Below, piece by piece: positions 19,533 to 29,121 of a stretch of 64,000 nucleotides of DNA. Origin of the DNA: Candidatus Latescibacterota bacterium. Its GTDB lineage: Bacteria > Latescibacterota > UBA2968 > GCA-2709665. The stretch spans positions 4,736,001-4,800,000 of the forward strand of contig OZ242180.1 in assembly GCA_965205485.1 (NCBI GenBank), given 5' to 3'. The position numbers and the translations under genes are program-made. The notes under the pieces were generated by a model that was given only the letters and a program-made list of their open reading frames with translations, searched no databases and was not told the origin of the DNA. Every line of letters begins with the position of its first letter. Position 1 is the first letter of the stretch.

Positions 19533-19836
19533 ACAGAAGATGCATATTTTCAACTTCTTACGTTCTACCAACACTCGAGGATACTTCTGTCTGAATCTGT
19601 CGTCGCCTGGAGCGAAACCCGCCATTGACGACGGAGCGCCGCTTACCTTGATTCGTCATTTTTCCAGGACGTTAATTCGAATATGTGTCAGTTAAAAAGG
19701 CGATTAGACTGCTGATTACCAAGATACACCAGGACACTGTACGTGAACTGAAAAAATGTCCTTCATGACGACCATTTCGGCCTGTTTCGAAGGGTTTCGT
19801 CACGTTGCCGAGTTACGGCCTTTTTCGGAATAGAGG

Positions 19837-20412
19837 CTAACGATTGAACGTGGGGCAGTCGGTGAGCGTGGGCGCACAACCATCGGGAACCGGGACCTGA
19901 AACGCATTCAGGGTCTGTGCGACCAGACTGTAATAGCCCGCGATCCCGGTCAATTCCACGACTCCGGTCTTACCCACGGCTTCCTGAGCCGCGTTGAAGA
20001 CGTCGTCCGTAACGAACCGATTGTCGAGCAATTCGCTGACGTATTCGAAAACGGCGCGCTCGTCGTCGCGGCCGAAATCGGGCGCCCGACGGTGACGAAC
20101 CGCGTCGATAATCCTCTCGCTCAACCCGCTTTCCACGGCGAAGGGCTCGTGCAGAGACCACTCCACCTGGCAATCCCAGAATCGCGCCGTAACGAGGATC
20201 GCGAGCTCGCTGAGTCTCGACTCCAGGCTGGTGCGGTACCGGACGAATTCGCCCAGGCTCTGCGCGCGGTCCGCTAACTCCGGGCTGTGGAGCCAGATGC
20301 CGAACGGCCCGGCGATGCTGCCCCGGGTCTCAACGATGGCATCGTAAATCCGCGCCTGCTCCTCGTTCAGTTCATCGCGTTTTAACTGGCTTGGTCTGGC
20401 CACAAGTGACAT
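19837..20412 (-). CDS. Carboxymuconolactone decarboxylase/AhpD-like protein
   Basis: 'GPFGIWLHSPEL', 'ELAILVTAR', 'EWSLH', 'ELTGIAGYY'. Confidence 0.85.
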   Translation of the reverse strand: MSLVARPSQLKRDELNEEQARIYDAIVETRGSIAGPFGIWLHSPELADRAQSLGEFVRYRTSLESRLSELAILVTARFWDCQVEWSLHEPFAVESGLSERIIDAVRHRRAPDFGRDDERAVFEYVSELLDNRFVTDDVFNAAQEAVGKTGVVELTGIAGYYSLVAQTLNAFQVPVPDGCAPTLTDCPTFNR

Positions 20413-20512
20413 CCCCGGCAGAGTCGTGACAAAAGCCGTTCTGTGCACGAATTCGTCTGACCCATCAAACCCCGTTACTTCGTGTGACTGGACGCCACGA
20501 ATGGTCGGACTA

Positions 20513-20821
20513 TCATTCGGTATGCGGTATCCTACTCGTCGCGGGCTCTGTCTCAGGATTCATCCAGGCTGGAAGAGGGCTGCCTGTCGCCTCCGCATAC
20601 AGGGTCTCCGGTGCGATGTCTATCTCGTCGCCCCACGTCAGTGCCCCGAGATCCTTGTTAATTTTGAAGTTATGGAAAAACTCGAGATCCCGAAACTGCG
20701 AGAATACACCTTGCCTTTCCATGTATTTCGAGAAGTCGACGGTGCCTCGCCGGCCGTCATCGAACTCCAGCTCTATCAGATAACCACCCCGATAAATGGC
20801 AGAAACGACGTCATGAAGCAT
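20513..20821 (-). CDS. DUF2442 domain protein (antitoxin-like)
   Basis: 'LEFDDG..GTVD', 'LTWGDEIDIAPETLY'. Confidence 0.88.
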   Translation of the reverse strand: MLHDVVSAIYRGGYLIELEFDDGRRGTVDFSKYMERQGVFSQFRDLEFFHNFKINKDLGALTWGDEIDIAPETLYAEATGSPLPAWMNPETEPATSRIPHTE

Positions 20822-20834
20822 ACGGCGCTCCTTT

Positions 20835-21095
20835 CTACAGCAGCGGTTGTATCTTCTTCGGAGGTCGGTCGTTACGTGTGTCTTCCCAGTTGTTCATCAA
20901 TTCCGGTTGATGCTGAGACGCCCATTCAACGACCAAACCAAGCACCCGGGGAGGCAGCTTTCCCTCCAGAATCCGCAAAGTTGGAATCTCAATGGCCGCT
21001 CGATCTCAACCGTAACGCGCATGGAAATGCGACGGGTTGTGATCATCGTAATACATCGAGATGATTATACCGTAGAAACGGGAAATCTCAGGCAT
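20835..21095 (-). pseudogene. DUF4160 toxin-like gene with an internal stop
   Basis: Own translation MPEISRFYGIIISMYYDDHNPSHFHARYG*DRAAIEI...LEGKLP...VVEWASQHQPELMNNW; TGA at 21006-21008. Confidence 0.82.
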
Positions 21096-21177
21096 TTCAA
21101 TTCCGATTTGTCATCATAATGGTCTCAATTGTCCCGCTGGTCAGAACCTCATCAAGGCGTCTGAACGAATCTAAAAC

Positions 21178-21403
21178 TCACTGACTTGCCAATTCGACGG
21201 TCGACGTTGCCGGGGGCAGAGGCTTCCCGTCCTTCTGATATATCTCAACCGCCTCCTCTACAATCTGGCATAGATGATCAAAAACGGCCCTTTCATCGTC
21301 GCCGTGGCAGCCACCGTAAACCAGTCCCGGGCGCGCTGCCCCAATAGCATTGATCTTCTTCGGACCATTCAACAAATCTTGTGTGCCTGGCGCTGGGTTT
21401 CAT
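21178..21403 (-). pseudogene. HicB-like antitoxin with a +1 frameshift
   Basis: MKPSARHTRFVEWSEEDQCY..APG joins, in another frame, LVYGGCHGDDERAVF...DGKPLP; span is 226 nt (3n+1). Confidence 0.7.
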
Positions 21404-21425
21404 TTGGCTTCAATATCCTCTTGAA

Positions 21426-21659
21426 TTAAGAAACTATCTGAACATATGGTGTTACCTCAAGGTAAACCGACTCCGCGGTTGGTTCCGGTATCGGACAACG
21501 CTCTTGTTTCAATCCATCAAGGTGAAATTCAATGGCCTCCTTCATGTTCGCTTCCACTTCCTGCCGCGTGGAGCCGGTAGACACGCATCCGGGAAGGTCT
21601 GGAGAATACGCCGACAATCCGGTATCCGTTAATTCGATGACGATTAAGTACCTATTCAC
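21426..21659 (-). CDS. HicB-family antitoxin (no intact HicA recognised)
   Basis: 'YLIVIE...SAYSPDLPGCVSTGST..E...NMKEAIEFHLDGL'. Confidence 0.88.
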   Translation of the reverse strand: MNRYLIVIELTDTGLSAYSPDLPGCVSTGSTRQEVEANMKEAIEFHLDGLKQERCPIPEPTAESVYLEVTPYVQIVS

Positions 21660-21694
21660 ATCGTTCCTGTTTAATTTTGCGGTGGCGATCCCGC

Positions 21695-21841
21695 GAGCGA
21701 GGGCATCCTGCCCTCGACGGTTAATTCGCGCGGCTCCGGCGCCGTCAATTTCAATGTGATATCGGATACAAAGGAAACAGTAGGCCCTTGATTCAGGTAT
21801 TGATCGGTCACACGAAGTCCGAGGGCAGGATGCCCTCGCTC
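21695..21841. repeat. Inverted pair of REP-like palindromes
   Basis: GAGCGAGGGCATCCTGCCCTCG (21695-21716) and its exact reverse complement (21820-21841). Confidence 0.8.
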
Positions 21842-22208
21842 CGGATATTGGTGGATCATACCGTGAATGAGGTCAGATCGCTTTCGGTCCCAGGTCGCTC
21901 GTGTCCCGTGTAGCGACTACAGGGATTCTTGAGGTCCTGCGGCGACTCGCGCGAATGTAGACTGGTTGTCTTTTTCGACAGCGATTTTACAGGGATCTCC
22001 GGATAATTCGCCGGGGTTGAATATACTGGAATAAAGACATATAATAACGATAGATGGCCTCGAACAACCCCCACAACAATCCGAAACGACCCCGTAATCA
22101 ACTTCAACGTCCTTTGATTCGAATCACATCCCGCTACCCAATCAGAACAGCACTGCTGGTCAGCGGTTTCTATATTGAAAACAAGCGAAAGACAAGGAGA
22201 AAATCGAC

Positions 22209-22742
22209 ATGGCAATTCTTCTGGCACTTTTTTCAATCGTTCAAACGGCCGAGGCAAGTTCCAAAATGCAGCGGTTTCAATTGTATACTCGATGTCTCGG
22301 AGTACATCTCGTGGTTGAGGAACTACCGGACAATGCGGAGCGGATTAATCTTACAAGGGAACAAATAATAAAAGTTGCAATGGACAAACTGCAGAAGGCT
22401 CAATTGTATGTACCCAGGAAATTTGTCGTGGGCGCGCCGGACGAGATTCATCCCATCTTATACGTAAATGTCAACCTGAGCCGGACCGCTTTCAGTATTG
22501 GAATCGAACTACGAAAGGTTGTGTTGGACAACTACTCCAAACGGGAAGAGTATGCCGTTACCTGGCGAATTGGTACCGTGGGGGTACACGGATTTCGAAA
22601 TCAATTCATTTTGCGAATGGTCGATAAGTACACAGGCGTATTCATTGAAGAATGGACCAGGGTCAATAGGCCCAAATGTGCTGAAGACGATATGATCAAA
22701 CCAGAACAAGGGCCGATACAACCGCCTGTCAGGATCAAATAA
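22209..22742 (+). CDS. Hypothetical secreted protein
   Basis: SD AAGGAG, signal-like N-terminus ending in AEA; resembles the C-terminal domain of 12627..13343. Confidence 0.65.
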   Translation: MAILLALFSIVQTAEASSKMQRFQLYTRCLGVHLVVEELPDNAERINLTREQIIKVAMDKLQKAQLYVPRKFVVGAPDEIHPILYVNVNLSRTAFSIGIELRKVVLDNYSKREEYAVTWRIGTVGVHGFRNQFILRMVDKYTGVFIEEWTRVNRPKCAEDDMIKPEQGPIQPPVRIK

Positions 22743-22780
22743 TCGACTGATCAGTTCATCATCTGCACTAAGTATCCCTG

Positions 22781-23854
22781 TTACACCCGATGCGCTTCGA
22801 CGAAGTCCTGGTTCAGCGTGAGGCCGAGGCCGGGTACGTCGCTCATGTGGATCAATCCGTCTACGATCTGAAAAGGCGGATCGTAGAGTTGCGACCAGAT
22901 CTGGTACGGCTCGGTGTGCGGGCAGGCGGAAACCATCAGCCCGTTGGGCACGGCGGCGATCAGGTGGCAGTTGATCTCCGGAAACGAGGCCCCGTGGGGC
23001 GCAACGTAGACGTGGTGCGCCTCGGCCAACGCCGCCATCCGCAGGAGTCCGGTAAACCCGCCGCCGCCGATGATATCCGACTGGACCACCTGCAGGCCGC
23101 CGTCGACGATCAGGTGACGAATGCCGTACAGCGTGCCCTCGCCCTCGCCGCCGGCAACCAGCGACCCCGTGGCCTCACGCACCATCCGCATATGGGCTGC
23201 CTCGTCGTCGCCGCGCACGGGTTCCTCAATCCAGTATAGATTGTAAGGCTCGAACCGCCGCGCCATCGCCGCCGCCGTCTTCCCCTCCCACATCCTGTGG
23301 ATGTCGATCATCAACCTTGTGTCGTCCCCGAGCGCCCGGCGCGACAGCCTGACCTTTTCAAACGCGAGTTCCCGATCATCGTTCGACAGATGGAACTTCA
23401 CGGCCTTGAATCCCAGGTCCGCGTGTTTCCTGACCAGGGCGGCCACCTCTTCAGCGTTCTGGTGTTCGTAGCCGATTCCGTCCGCGTACGCGGTCACACG
23501 GTCCCGAAAGCCGCCCAGCAGCCGCCAGACCGGCTCGCCGCACGCCCTCCCGTACAGATCCCAGATCGCCACGTCCAGAGCGCCGATCGTGCCCATCGCA
23601 GCCCGGCCCGGGCCCCGAAAGCGCCACGCGAGATCGTACATCCGCTGCCAGAGCCGGGCCGGCCGGCGCGGGTCTTCGCCCACGAGCACGGGCGCGAATT
23701 CCCGCTCGATCAGGTCGGCGCTTCCACCCCTCCCAATGCCCACGAGCCCGTTATCGGCCCGGACAAGATGAAGGGGCCAGGTCCGCTTGACTCCCCGATC
23801 GGACGGCCCCCAGAAACAGGAAAGCGAAATCGTCTCAATGGATTCGATATGCAT
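22781..23854 (-). CDS. Mandelate racemase/muconate lactonizing enzyme family (enolase superfamily)
   Basis: 'ALDVAIWDLYG...PVWRLLGG', K.H at the KxK position, 'LMID', 'WIEEP', 'GGE', 'APH'. Confidence 0.92.
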   Translation of the reverse strand: MHIESIETISLSCFWGPSDRGVKRTWPLHLVRADNGLVGIGRGGSADLIEREFAPVLVGEDPRRPARLWQRMYDLAWRFRGPGRAAMGTIGALDVAIWDLYGRACGEPVWRLLGGFRDRVTAYADGIGYEHQNAEEVAALVRKHADLGFKAVKFHLSNDDRELAFEKVRLSRRALGDDTRLMIDIHRMWEGKTAAAMARRFEPYNLYWIEEPVRGDDEAAHMRMVREATGSLVAGGEGEGTLYGIRHLIVDGGLQVVQSDIIGGGGFTGLLRMAALAEAHHVYVAPHGASFPEINCHLIAAVPNGLMVSACPHTEPYQIWSQLYDPPFQIVDGLIHMSDVPGLGLTLNQDFVEAHRV

Positions 23855-23871
23855 GACTTCGGCTCCATTCT

Positions 23872-24297
23872 TCAGGAAGCAATACGTTTACGAAGGACCA
23901 CCCTGGTTCCGGCCGCACAGAACTGGTGCTGGACGTCATCCACCATGGCGCGCATCATCAGCAGGCCGCGGCCGGACGGATTCAACAGGTTTTCCTCGGC
24001 AAGGGGATCCGGTACCTCCGCCGGGTCGAAACCCGGACCCTGATCCAGGACGGCGATATGCAACATCCCGTCCACCACCGTGAATTCGACCGTGAACGGT
24101 TTTTCCCGCACGCCTTCATTTCCATGGAAGATGGCATTGTTCACGGCTTCCGTAAGCGCGATGGCCACCTCGTCGCAGGCATCCTCGCTCATCGCCAGAT
24201 CGGCGGTCACCTGTGCCGCTGTGTCCACAACCTTATGAAGAGACTCAACGCAACTGGGCAGTTGCAGACGCTTGACATCTCGAGATCCATTACCCAT
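23872..24297 (-). CDS. RsbW-like anti-sigma factor / HATPase_c_2
   Basis: 'EAVNNAIFHGN', 'DQGPGFDP', 'SGRGLLMM'. Confidence 0.9.
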   Translation of the reverse strand: MGNGSRDVKRLQLPSCVESLHKVVDTAAQVTADLAMSEDACDEVAIALTEAVNNAIFHGNEGVREKPFTVEFTVVDGMLHIAVLDQGPGFDPAEVPDPLAEENLLNPSGRGLLMMRAMVDDVQHQFCAAGTRVVLRKRIAS

Positions 24298-24472
24298 AGG
24301 CGCGTTCCCTCGTTACGTCCGGAGCCGCCGCTGACTGCCATCCGGACAGGCACGCATTCTCCGACGCGTGAAACCGGAAGCTCGAGGCGCCGGCGCGGAC
24401 GATCCGGGTGATTCTCCTTGACAATCCCGCTGCATGACGTTATCAAAGACGGCCACAAAAAACCTGAATGCG

Positions 24473-24597
24473 GGGAGAGGGGAGAGGGAAGACGGTAGAA
24501 GAAGCCCTTGCCCGATACTTTATTCCTTCTTGCCTCCGGCAGGAGAAGAGACTCCACAAGGCAGGATATCTCTCCCGTCTACCGTCTCCCGTCTACC
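24473..24597. repeat. Opposed blocks of degenerate 7-mer tandem repeats
   Basis: GGGAGAG GGGAGAG GGAAGAC GGTAGAA (24473-24500) faces CTCTCCC GTCTACC GTCTCCC GTCTACC (24570-24597). Confidence 0.65.
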
Positions 24598-24630
24598 CGC
24601 TTCCGACGGGATGGGAGGAGAGGTCACAAA

Positions 24631-24716
24631 CACGTCCAGTGACCTGGTTTATCCTGGTAATCCGCCTTCTCATCGCCTCTTTTAACTAGCACGTATTCGA
24701 ATTAACGTCCATGAAA
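24631..24716 (+). repeat. 86-bp dispersed repeat, copy B
   Basis: Aligns without gaps to 9117..9202. Confidence 0.75.
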
Positions 24717-24753
24717 ACTTACTAATCATTGTTAAGAATGGAGAAATCGCGTC

Positions 24754-25137
24754 ATGCAGAAAGAGGTGATTACCACCGATAGAGCCGCGCTTCCAGTGGG
24801 TCCCTATTCGCAGGCCATCAAAACGGGCGAACTGATCTTCGTCGCGGGCGAAAAGGGAATCGACCCCGCAACCGGCGCAATTGTCAGCGGCGGCATTGCC
24901 GCGGAAACCCGGCAGACGCTGGAAAACATCTCGGCGATCCTGGAGGCCGCGGGCGCCACGATGGACCACGCGGTCCGGACGGTGGTCTATATGACGGACA
25001 TATCCGAATTTGCCGAAATGAACGCCGTCTACGCGGAATATTTCCCGAACGACCCTCCCGGACGAAGCTGCGTGCAGGTGGTTGCCCTCCCTGCCGGAGC
25101 CAACGTTGAAATTGAAGTCACGGCGGTTCTGGCCTGA
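24754..25137 (+). CDS. RidA/YjgF family imine deaminase
   Basis: 'PVGPYSQAI', 'MNAVYAEYF...PPGRSCVQV..LP.GA.VEIE'. Confidence 0.92.
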   Translation: MQKEVITTDRAALPVGPYSQAIKTGELIFVAGEKGIDPATGAIVSGGIAAETRQTLENISAILEAAGATMDHAVRTVVYMTDISEFAEMNAVYAEYFPNDPPGRSCVQVVALPAGANVEIEVTAVLA

Positions 25138-25151
25138 CGATCGATTCGAAG

Positions 25152-25949
25152 TTAGAGACCGGAGAGAATTCCCTCGACGTATCCGCGTGTAAACGCAATG
25201 TCCCGGTCCACCTCGTCCGGCTCCTTGCCACCCACGCATTCGACGTAGAGCGGTCCGTCGAATCCGCCGCCGGCCAGTCCCGACAACACCGCATGGAAAT
25301 CCACAAGCCCGTCGCCCGGCGTCACCATCACATCCGGCACATCGTCAATTACCGTGCAATCCTTGATGATCCCCGTAGTTACCACGGGCGCCACTTCCGA
25401 GACGTCGGTCTCCGGCCGCAGCTCACCCTTCGTATAGTAGATGATGTTTCCCGGATCGAAACAGATGCCGAACGCCGCGTGGCTCACGTTGTTATTGGCC
25501 GCAAGCAGGTGGGACACCGTGAGACTGATGCCCCCGTGGGGCTTCATCGTGATGTTCACGCCGACCTCGTGCGCATGGGGCGCGGACTGCCGCATCAGCT
25601 CGAAATAGTCATCGAAGTGGGCTTCGTTGCTGGTGCCGCAATCCAGGAGCCAGGTCGTGCCAAGCGCAGCCGCATTGTCGATCAGCCGCTTGTAGGCGTC
25701 CACCGCCGACGCAAGCCCGTCGCCCAACTGCGTGCCTCCGATGAGCATCGAAGGAGCAACACCCGCGGCATCCGCCGCGTTCCGCACCGCGGCGACCTCC
25801 GCCGGGGAACTCCCGGGACCCACAGGCACCCGGCCTTCGTTTGCAAAAACCGCCACGTCCGAGTAACCGGCTTCCGCGATCCGACTGTAGGCTTCGCTGT
25901 AACTCAGTTGGCCGTAGGGCCGGGTCGTACATCCAACCGTCGTCTCCAT
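25152..25949 (-). CDS. Sugar phosphate isomerase/epimerase (xylose isomerase-like TIM barrel)
   Basis: 'KPHGG', 'FDPGN', 'IKD', 'PGDGLVDF', 'GFDGPLYVE'. Confidence 0.8.
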   Translation of the reverse strand: METTVGCTTRPYGQLSYSEAYSRIAEAGYSDVAVFANEGRVPVGPGSSPAEVAAVRNAADAAGVAPSMLIGGTQLGDGLASAVDAYKRLIDNAAALGTTWLLDCGTSNEAHFDDYFELMRQSAPHAHEVGVNITMKPHGGISLTVSHLLAANNNVSHAAFGICFDPGNIIYYTKGELRPETDVSEVAPVVTTGIIKDCTVIDDVPDVMVTPGDGLVDFHAVLSGLAGGGFDGPLYVECVGGKEPDEVDRDIAFTRGYVEGILSGL

Positions 25950-25993
25950 CCTGGACGCTCCTTTGTTGATTCGCTCGAATCACGACAGGTGCA

Positions 25994-26179
25994 GAAGCTG
26001 TCTTAAAATTCCCAGCGGTCTTCGCACGGCTGCAAAAGCGCCGGTCGGCGTTGGTCAAATCCACCCGTCGTACGAGATCGAGGCTGCGCTTGCTCGCCTC
26101 TCATAGGCGGATTTTCCCGCCTTGACCGCCACTTTTTCGCTCGCGCTCGGGAACTCGCCGGTAATTTTAAAACAGCTTC
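25994..26179. mobile_element. Palindromic MITE-like element, copy 2 (186 bp)
   Basis: Same termini as copy 1, flanks GCA/TCA; abuts the stop codon of the K+ channel gene. Confidence 0.8.
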
Positions 26180-26974
26180 TCACGACTCCATCTCACGTCC
26201 GCAGTGCGGACAGACGCCCTCCTCCTTCTTTCGCCGGTCGATCTCCCCGGCGAAACCGGAACCGAGAATGCCGGCGGGGAGGGCGAACATTCCAATACCC
26301 AGAAGCGCGATCACAGCGCCCAGCACCTTTCCCACGCCGGTTACGGGGTACGTGTCTCCGTATCCCACCGTCGTGAGCGTCACGATGCCCCACCACATCG
26401 CTGAGGGAATACTCGAGAAGGCATCGGGCTGGGCGCGGTGTTCGGCAAAATACATCAACGTCGACGCGATAACCAGCATGATCAGCAGGACGAAGAGCGT
26501 CACGACCAATTCGCCCCTGTGTTTCCGCAGCACATTGCCCAACGTCTGCAACGACGTGGAATACCGTCCCAGCTTGAACAACCGAAGCAGCCTCATGGCG
26601 CGCAGGACCCGCAGATCGACCGTTGTCACCAGAGGCAGATAGAACGGGAGGATCGCAATCAGGTCCACCAGGGCCAGGGGCGTCAGGAAATAACGCATTC
26701 GACCCCGAATGGGGCGGGAATACCGTCCGTCCGCGGTACACGACCACATGCGCAGCAGGTATTCAACGGTAAAGACACCTACGGAAAAGGCGTCGAATGC
26801 CTCGAACGCCCAGCGGTACGACGCCAGAACGGACGCCACTGTTTCCAGGATGACCGCCACGACATTAAGGACAATCAACCCCATGATGAACAGGTCGATG
26901 GTTCGGCTTTGCCGGTCGCCGGCCTGGGCTTTATCCAGGATTTCGTTGGTTCGTTCCTTAAACCGGTCTATCAT
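26180..26974 (-). CDS. 6-TM voltage-gated potassium channel (ion transporter)
   Basis: S4 'LRVLRAMRLLRLFKLGR', selectivity filter TTVGYGD, C-terminal CPHCG. Confidence 0.93.
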   Translation of the reverse strand: MIDRFKERTNEILDKAQAGDRQSRTIDLFIMGLIVLNVVAVILETVASVLASYRWAFEAFDAFSVGVFTVEYLLRMWSCTADGRYSRPIRGRMRYFLTPLALVDLIAILPFYLPLVTTVDLRVLRAMRLLRLFKLGRYSTSLQTLGNVLRKHRGELVVTLFVLLIMLVIASTLMYFAEHRAQPDAFSSIPSAMWWGIVTLTTVGYGDTYPVTGVGKVLGAVIALLGIGMFALPAGILGSGFAGEIDRRKKEEGVCPHCGREMES

Positions 26975-27143
26975 GGCGCCTCTTCAGATAAGGCCGATCG
27001 GGGTCGTCGCCAATGGCTCACGTAATATAAAGATAGGATGCAATCGTTCGAATGGAAACGTCTTTTTCCGATGAGCGCATCCCTGTCACGGATTCGCAAC
27101 CTCTGATGTCTTCACGACAGCCGGTCACGTCGACAGTCGACCC

Positions 27144-29114
27144 ATGAATCCGAAAACAATAGAAAAAAACAAGGCAATCGCGCCGGTACGAGTTCTGGCA
27201 GCGCTTTCGCTGGCTGCGGTTTTCGTCGCAATATTGCCGGCCAACCGGGATCGCGTCATTCATCAGCAGGTCGTGTCGGAGTTGCCGCTCCTGTCAAGAG
27301 CGCTGGGTGACGGCCCATGGCGGCTCGCGGACAACCAGGACCCACGCTGTCGTTCCGGTTTCGAGGAAGTACACCGCCGCCGAAAGACCCCCCTGCCCGG
27401 TGCGTCTGAAATTGTGGTTGGGTGCAGTCAAGACCCGGAAGGCCTGGTCCTGACCGCGTCAACAGCCTTGTCGCAGCGCCGGACGCGCCTGAAGTCCATC
27501 GACGGGTGGAGCCTCTATCCGCCGATTGCGGCGATTCTGGTGGCCATTTTCAGCGGACGCGTCCTTCTGGGACTGTCCCTGGCCGTACTCTGTGGAGGCG
27601 TCCTCACGGCCGGAGAAGCCCCGTTCCATGAAGTCCCTTTCGCCGCCTTCGAACGGGCAGCCGTAAATTACATCTGGACGCCGCTCAGATCGTCGTTTCA
27701 ACTCTACATTCTCGGCTTTACGGCCGCCCTGATCGGCATGGTAAGGGTAACGTCGCTGGCGGGGGGCAACCAGGGCATAGCCGCACTCCTTGCCAACAGA
27801 TCGGAAGGCGCGAAGTCCACACGATTGGCCGCATTCTTCATGGGGCTGGCGATATTCTTCGATGACTACGCCAATACGATCGTGGTGGGCACCACGTTTC
27901 GGCCAATGGCTGACCGGTTCCGGATCTCCCGCGAAAAGCTCGCGTACATCGTGGATTCCACCGCCGCTCCGGTCGCGGGCGTCGCGGTCATCAGCACCTG
28001 GATCGGATTCGAGGTTGGACTCTTCGGCGACCTCATGCGGGATCTCGGCACCGGCGTTTCAGGCTATCAGCTCTTCTTCCACGCCCTCCCGTTTCGATTC
28101 TACTGCCTCTTTACGCTTGCTTTCGTTGTCGCGTCAGCGTGGCTCCAGCGGGACTACGGACCCATGTACCGCGCGGAATACCGGGCAAGGACGACCGGAC
28201 AGGTGCTCCGGCCTGGGGCCACGCCGATGGCGGTACGCCGCAGCAGGGAGACCCTGCCCGCCGAGGGCGTCCGGCCCGCATGGTGGGCCGCGGCCGTGCC
28301 CGTTCTGATCGTCGTCGTCGCGGTCATCGGCGGCATGGCCGCGGATACCTGGAACGATCCCCACGTCCGGCCGATACGGCTGGCAAGCTCGCTCTTCAGT
28401 TTCCCGTACTGGACGGCATGTTTCTCCAACGCCGACAACGCGAGGGTACTCTTCCTTTCCGCCATACTGGGTTCCGCAGTCGCGCTCGTCATCGCGGTTA
28501 CCCGGCGGCGGCCGGCCGGAGGACCCGCCCCCATCCGACCGCTGACGGCGTTAACGACCTGGGCGCAGGGTGTCACTGGCATCCACTATGCCATCGCCGT
28601 CCTGATCATGGCCTGGGCCATTCAGGCGGTCTGCAAAGACATCGGCACGTCCACGTACCTCGCGGCAGCGCTGTCGCCGATCGCGGCGCCCGGCCTGCTG
28701 CCGCTGCTCATCTTTCTCCTGGCGGCTTCGGTCGCCTTCTCTATCGGTACGTCGTGGGCGACCATGGCGATCCTCATCCCCACCGCTGTTCCCCTCGCCC
28801 ACAGCATGGGCGGCTTCCCGCTCACCATTCTCGCCGCCGCCGCCGTACTGGATGGTGCAATCTTCGGCGATCACTGCTCCCCGATCAGCGACACGACCGT
28901 CATGTCCAGCCTCGCCACTTCATGCGACCATCTGGACCACGTGAGGACCCAGTTTCCCTACGCCCTGACCACAATGGGCATCGCCGCGCTCGCAGGGTAC
29001 GTCGGCGCGACGTTTTTCTATCCCGTGTGGTGCGGGCTGCTGATCGGCCTGGCGATCATTCCGGCGATCCTGATCGTATTCGGCAGAAACGCTGACAGGA
29101 ACTCCGACACGTAG
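27144..29114 (+). CDS. Na+/H+ antiporter NhaC-family protein
   Basis: 'IFFDDYAN', 'ISREKLAYIVDSTAAP', 'GTSWATMAI', 'GAIFGDHCSPISDTT'. Confidence 0.9.
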   Translation: MNPKTIEKNKAIAPVRVLAALSLAAVFVAILPANRDRVIHQQVVSELPLLSRALGDGPWRLADNQDPRCRSGFEEVHRRRKTPLPGASEIVVGCSQDPEGLVLTASTALSQRRTRLKSIDGWSLYPPIAAILVAIFSGRVLLGLSLAVLCGGVLTAGEAPFHEVPFAAFERAAVNYIWTPLRSSFQLYILGFTAALIGMVRVTSLAGGNQGIAALLANRSEGAKSTRLAAFFMGLAIFFDDYANTIVVGTTFRPMADRFRISREKLAYIVDSTAAPVAGVAVISTWIGFEVGLFGDLMRDLGTGVSGYQLFFHALPFRFYCLFTLAFVVASAWLQRDYGPMYRAEYRARTTGQVLRPGATPMAVRRSRETLPAEGVRPAWWAAAVPVLIVVVAVIGGMAADTWNDPHVRPIRLASSLFSFPYWTACFSNADNARVLFLSAILGSAVALVIAVTRRRPAGGPAPIRPLTALTTWAQGVTGIHYAIAVLIMAWAIQAVCKDIGTSTYLAAALSPIAAPGLLPLLIFLLAASVAFSIGTSWATMAILIPTAVPLAHSMGGFPLTILAAAAVLDGAIFGDHCSPISDTTVMSSLATSCDHLDHVRTQFPYALTTMGIAALAGYVGATFFYPVWCGLLIGLAIIPAILIVFGRNADRNSDT

Positions 29115-29121
29115 CCTGTTG

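Noticed and set aside
21006..21008. In-frame TGA in the DUF4160 gene as selenocysteine
   Set aside because: No convincing downstream SECIS hairpin, and I do not expect a Cys at this position in the family; treated as a nonsense mutation.
21856..22050. Possible HicA remnant upstream of hicB
   Set aside because: Only a faint 'DLGPKAI' resemblance and no GSH motif; not supportable.
24418..24446. TTGACA-17 nt-TATCAA promoter for the RidA gene
   Set aside because: The -10 lacks the conserved final T and lies about 300 bp from the gene; too weak to call.
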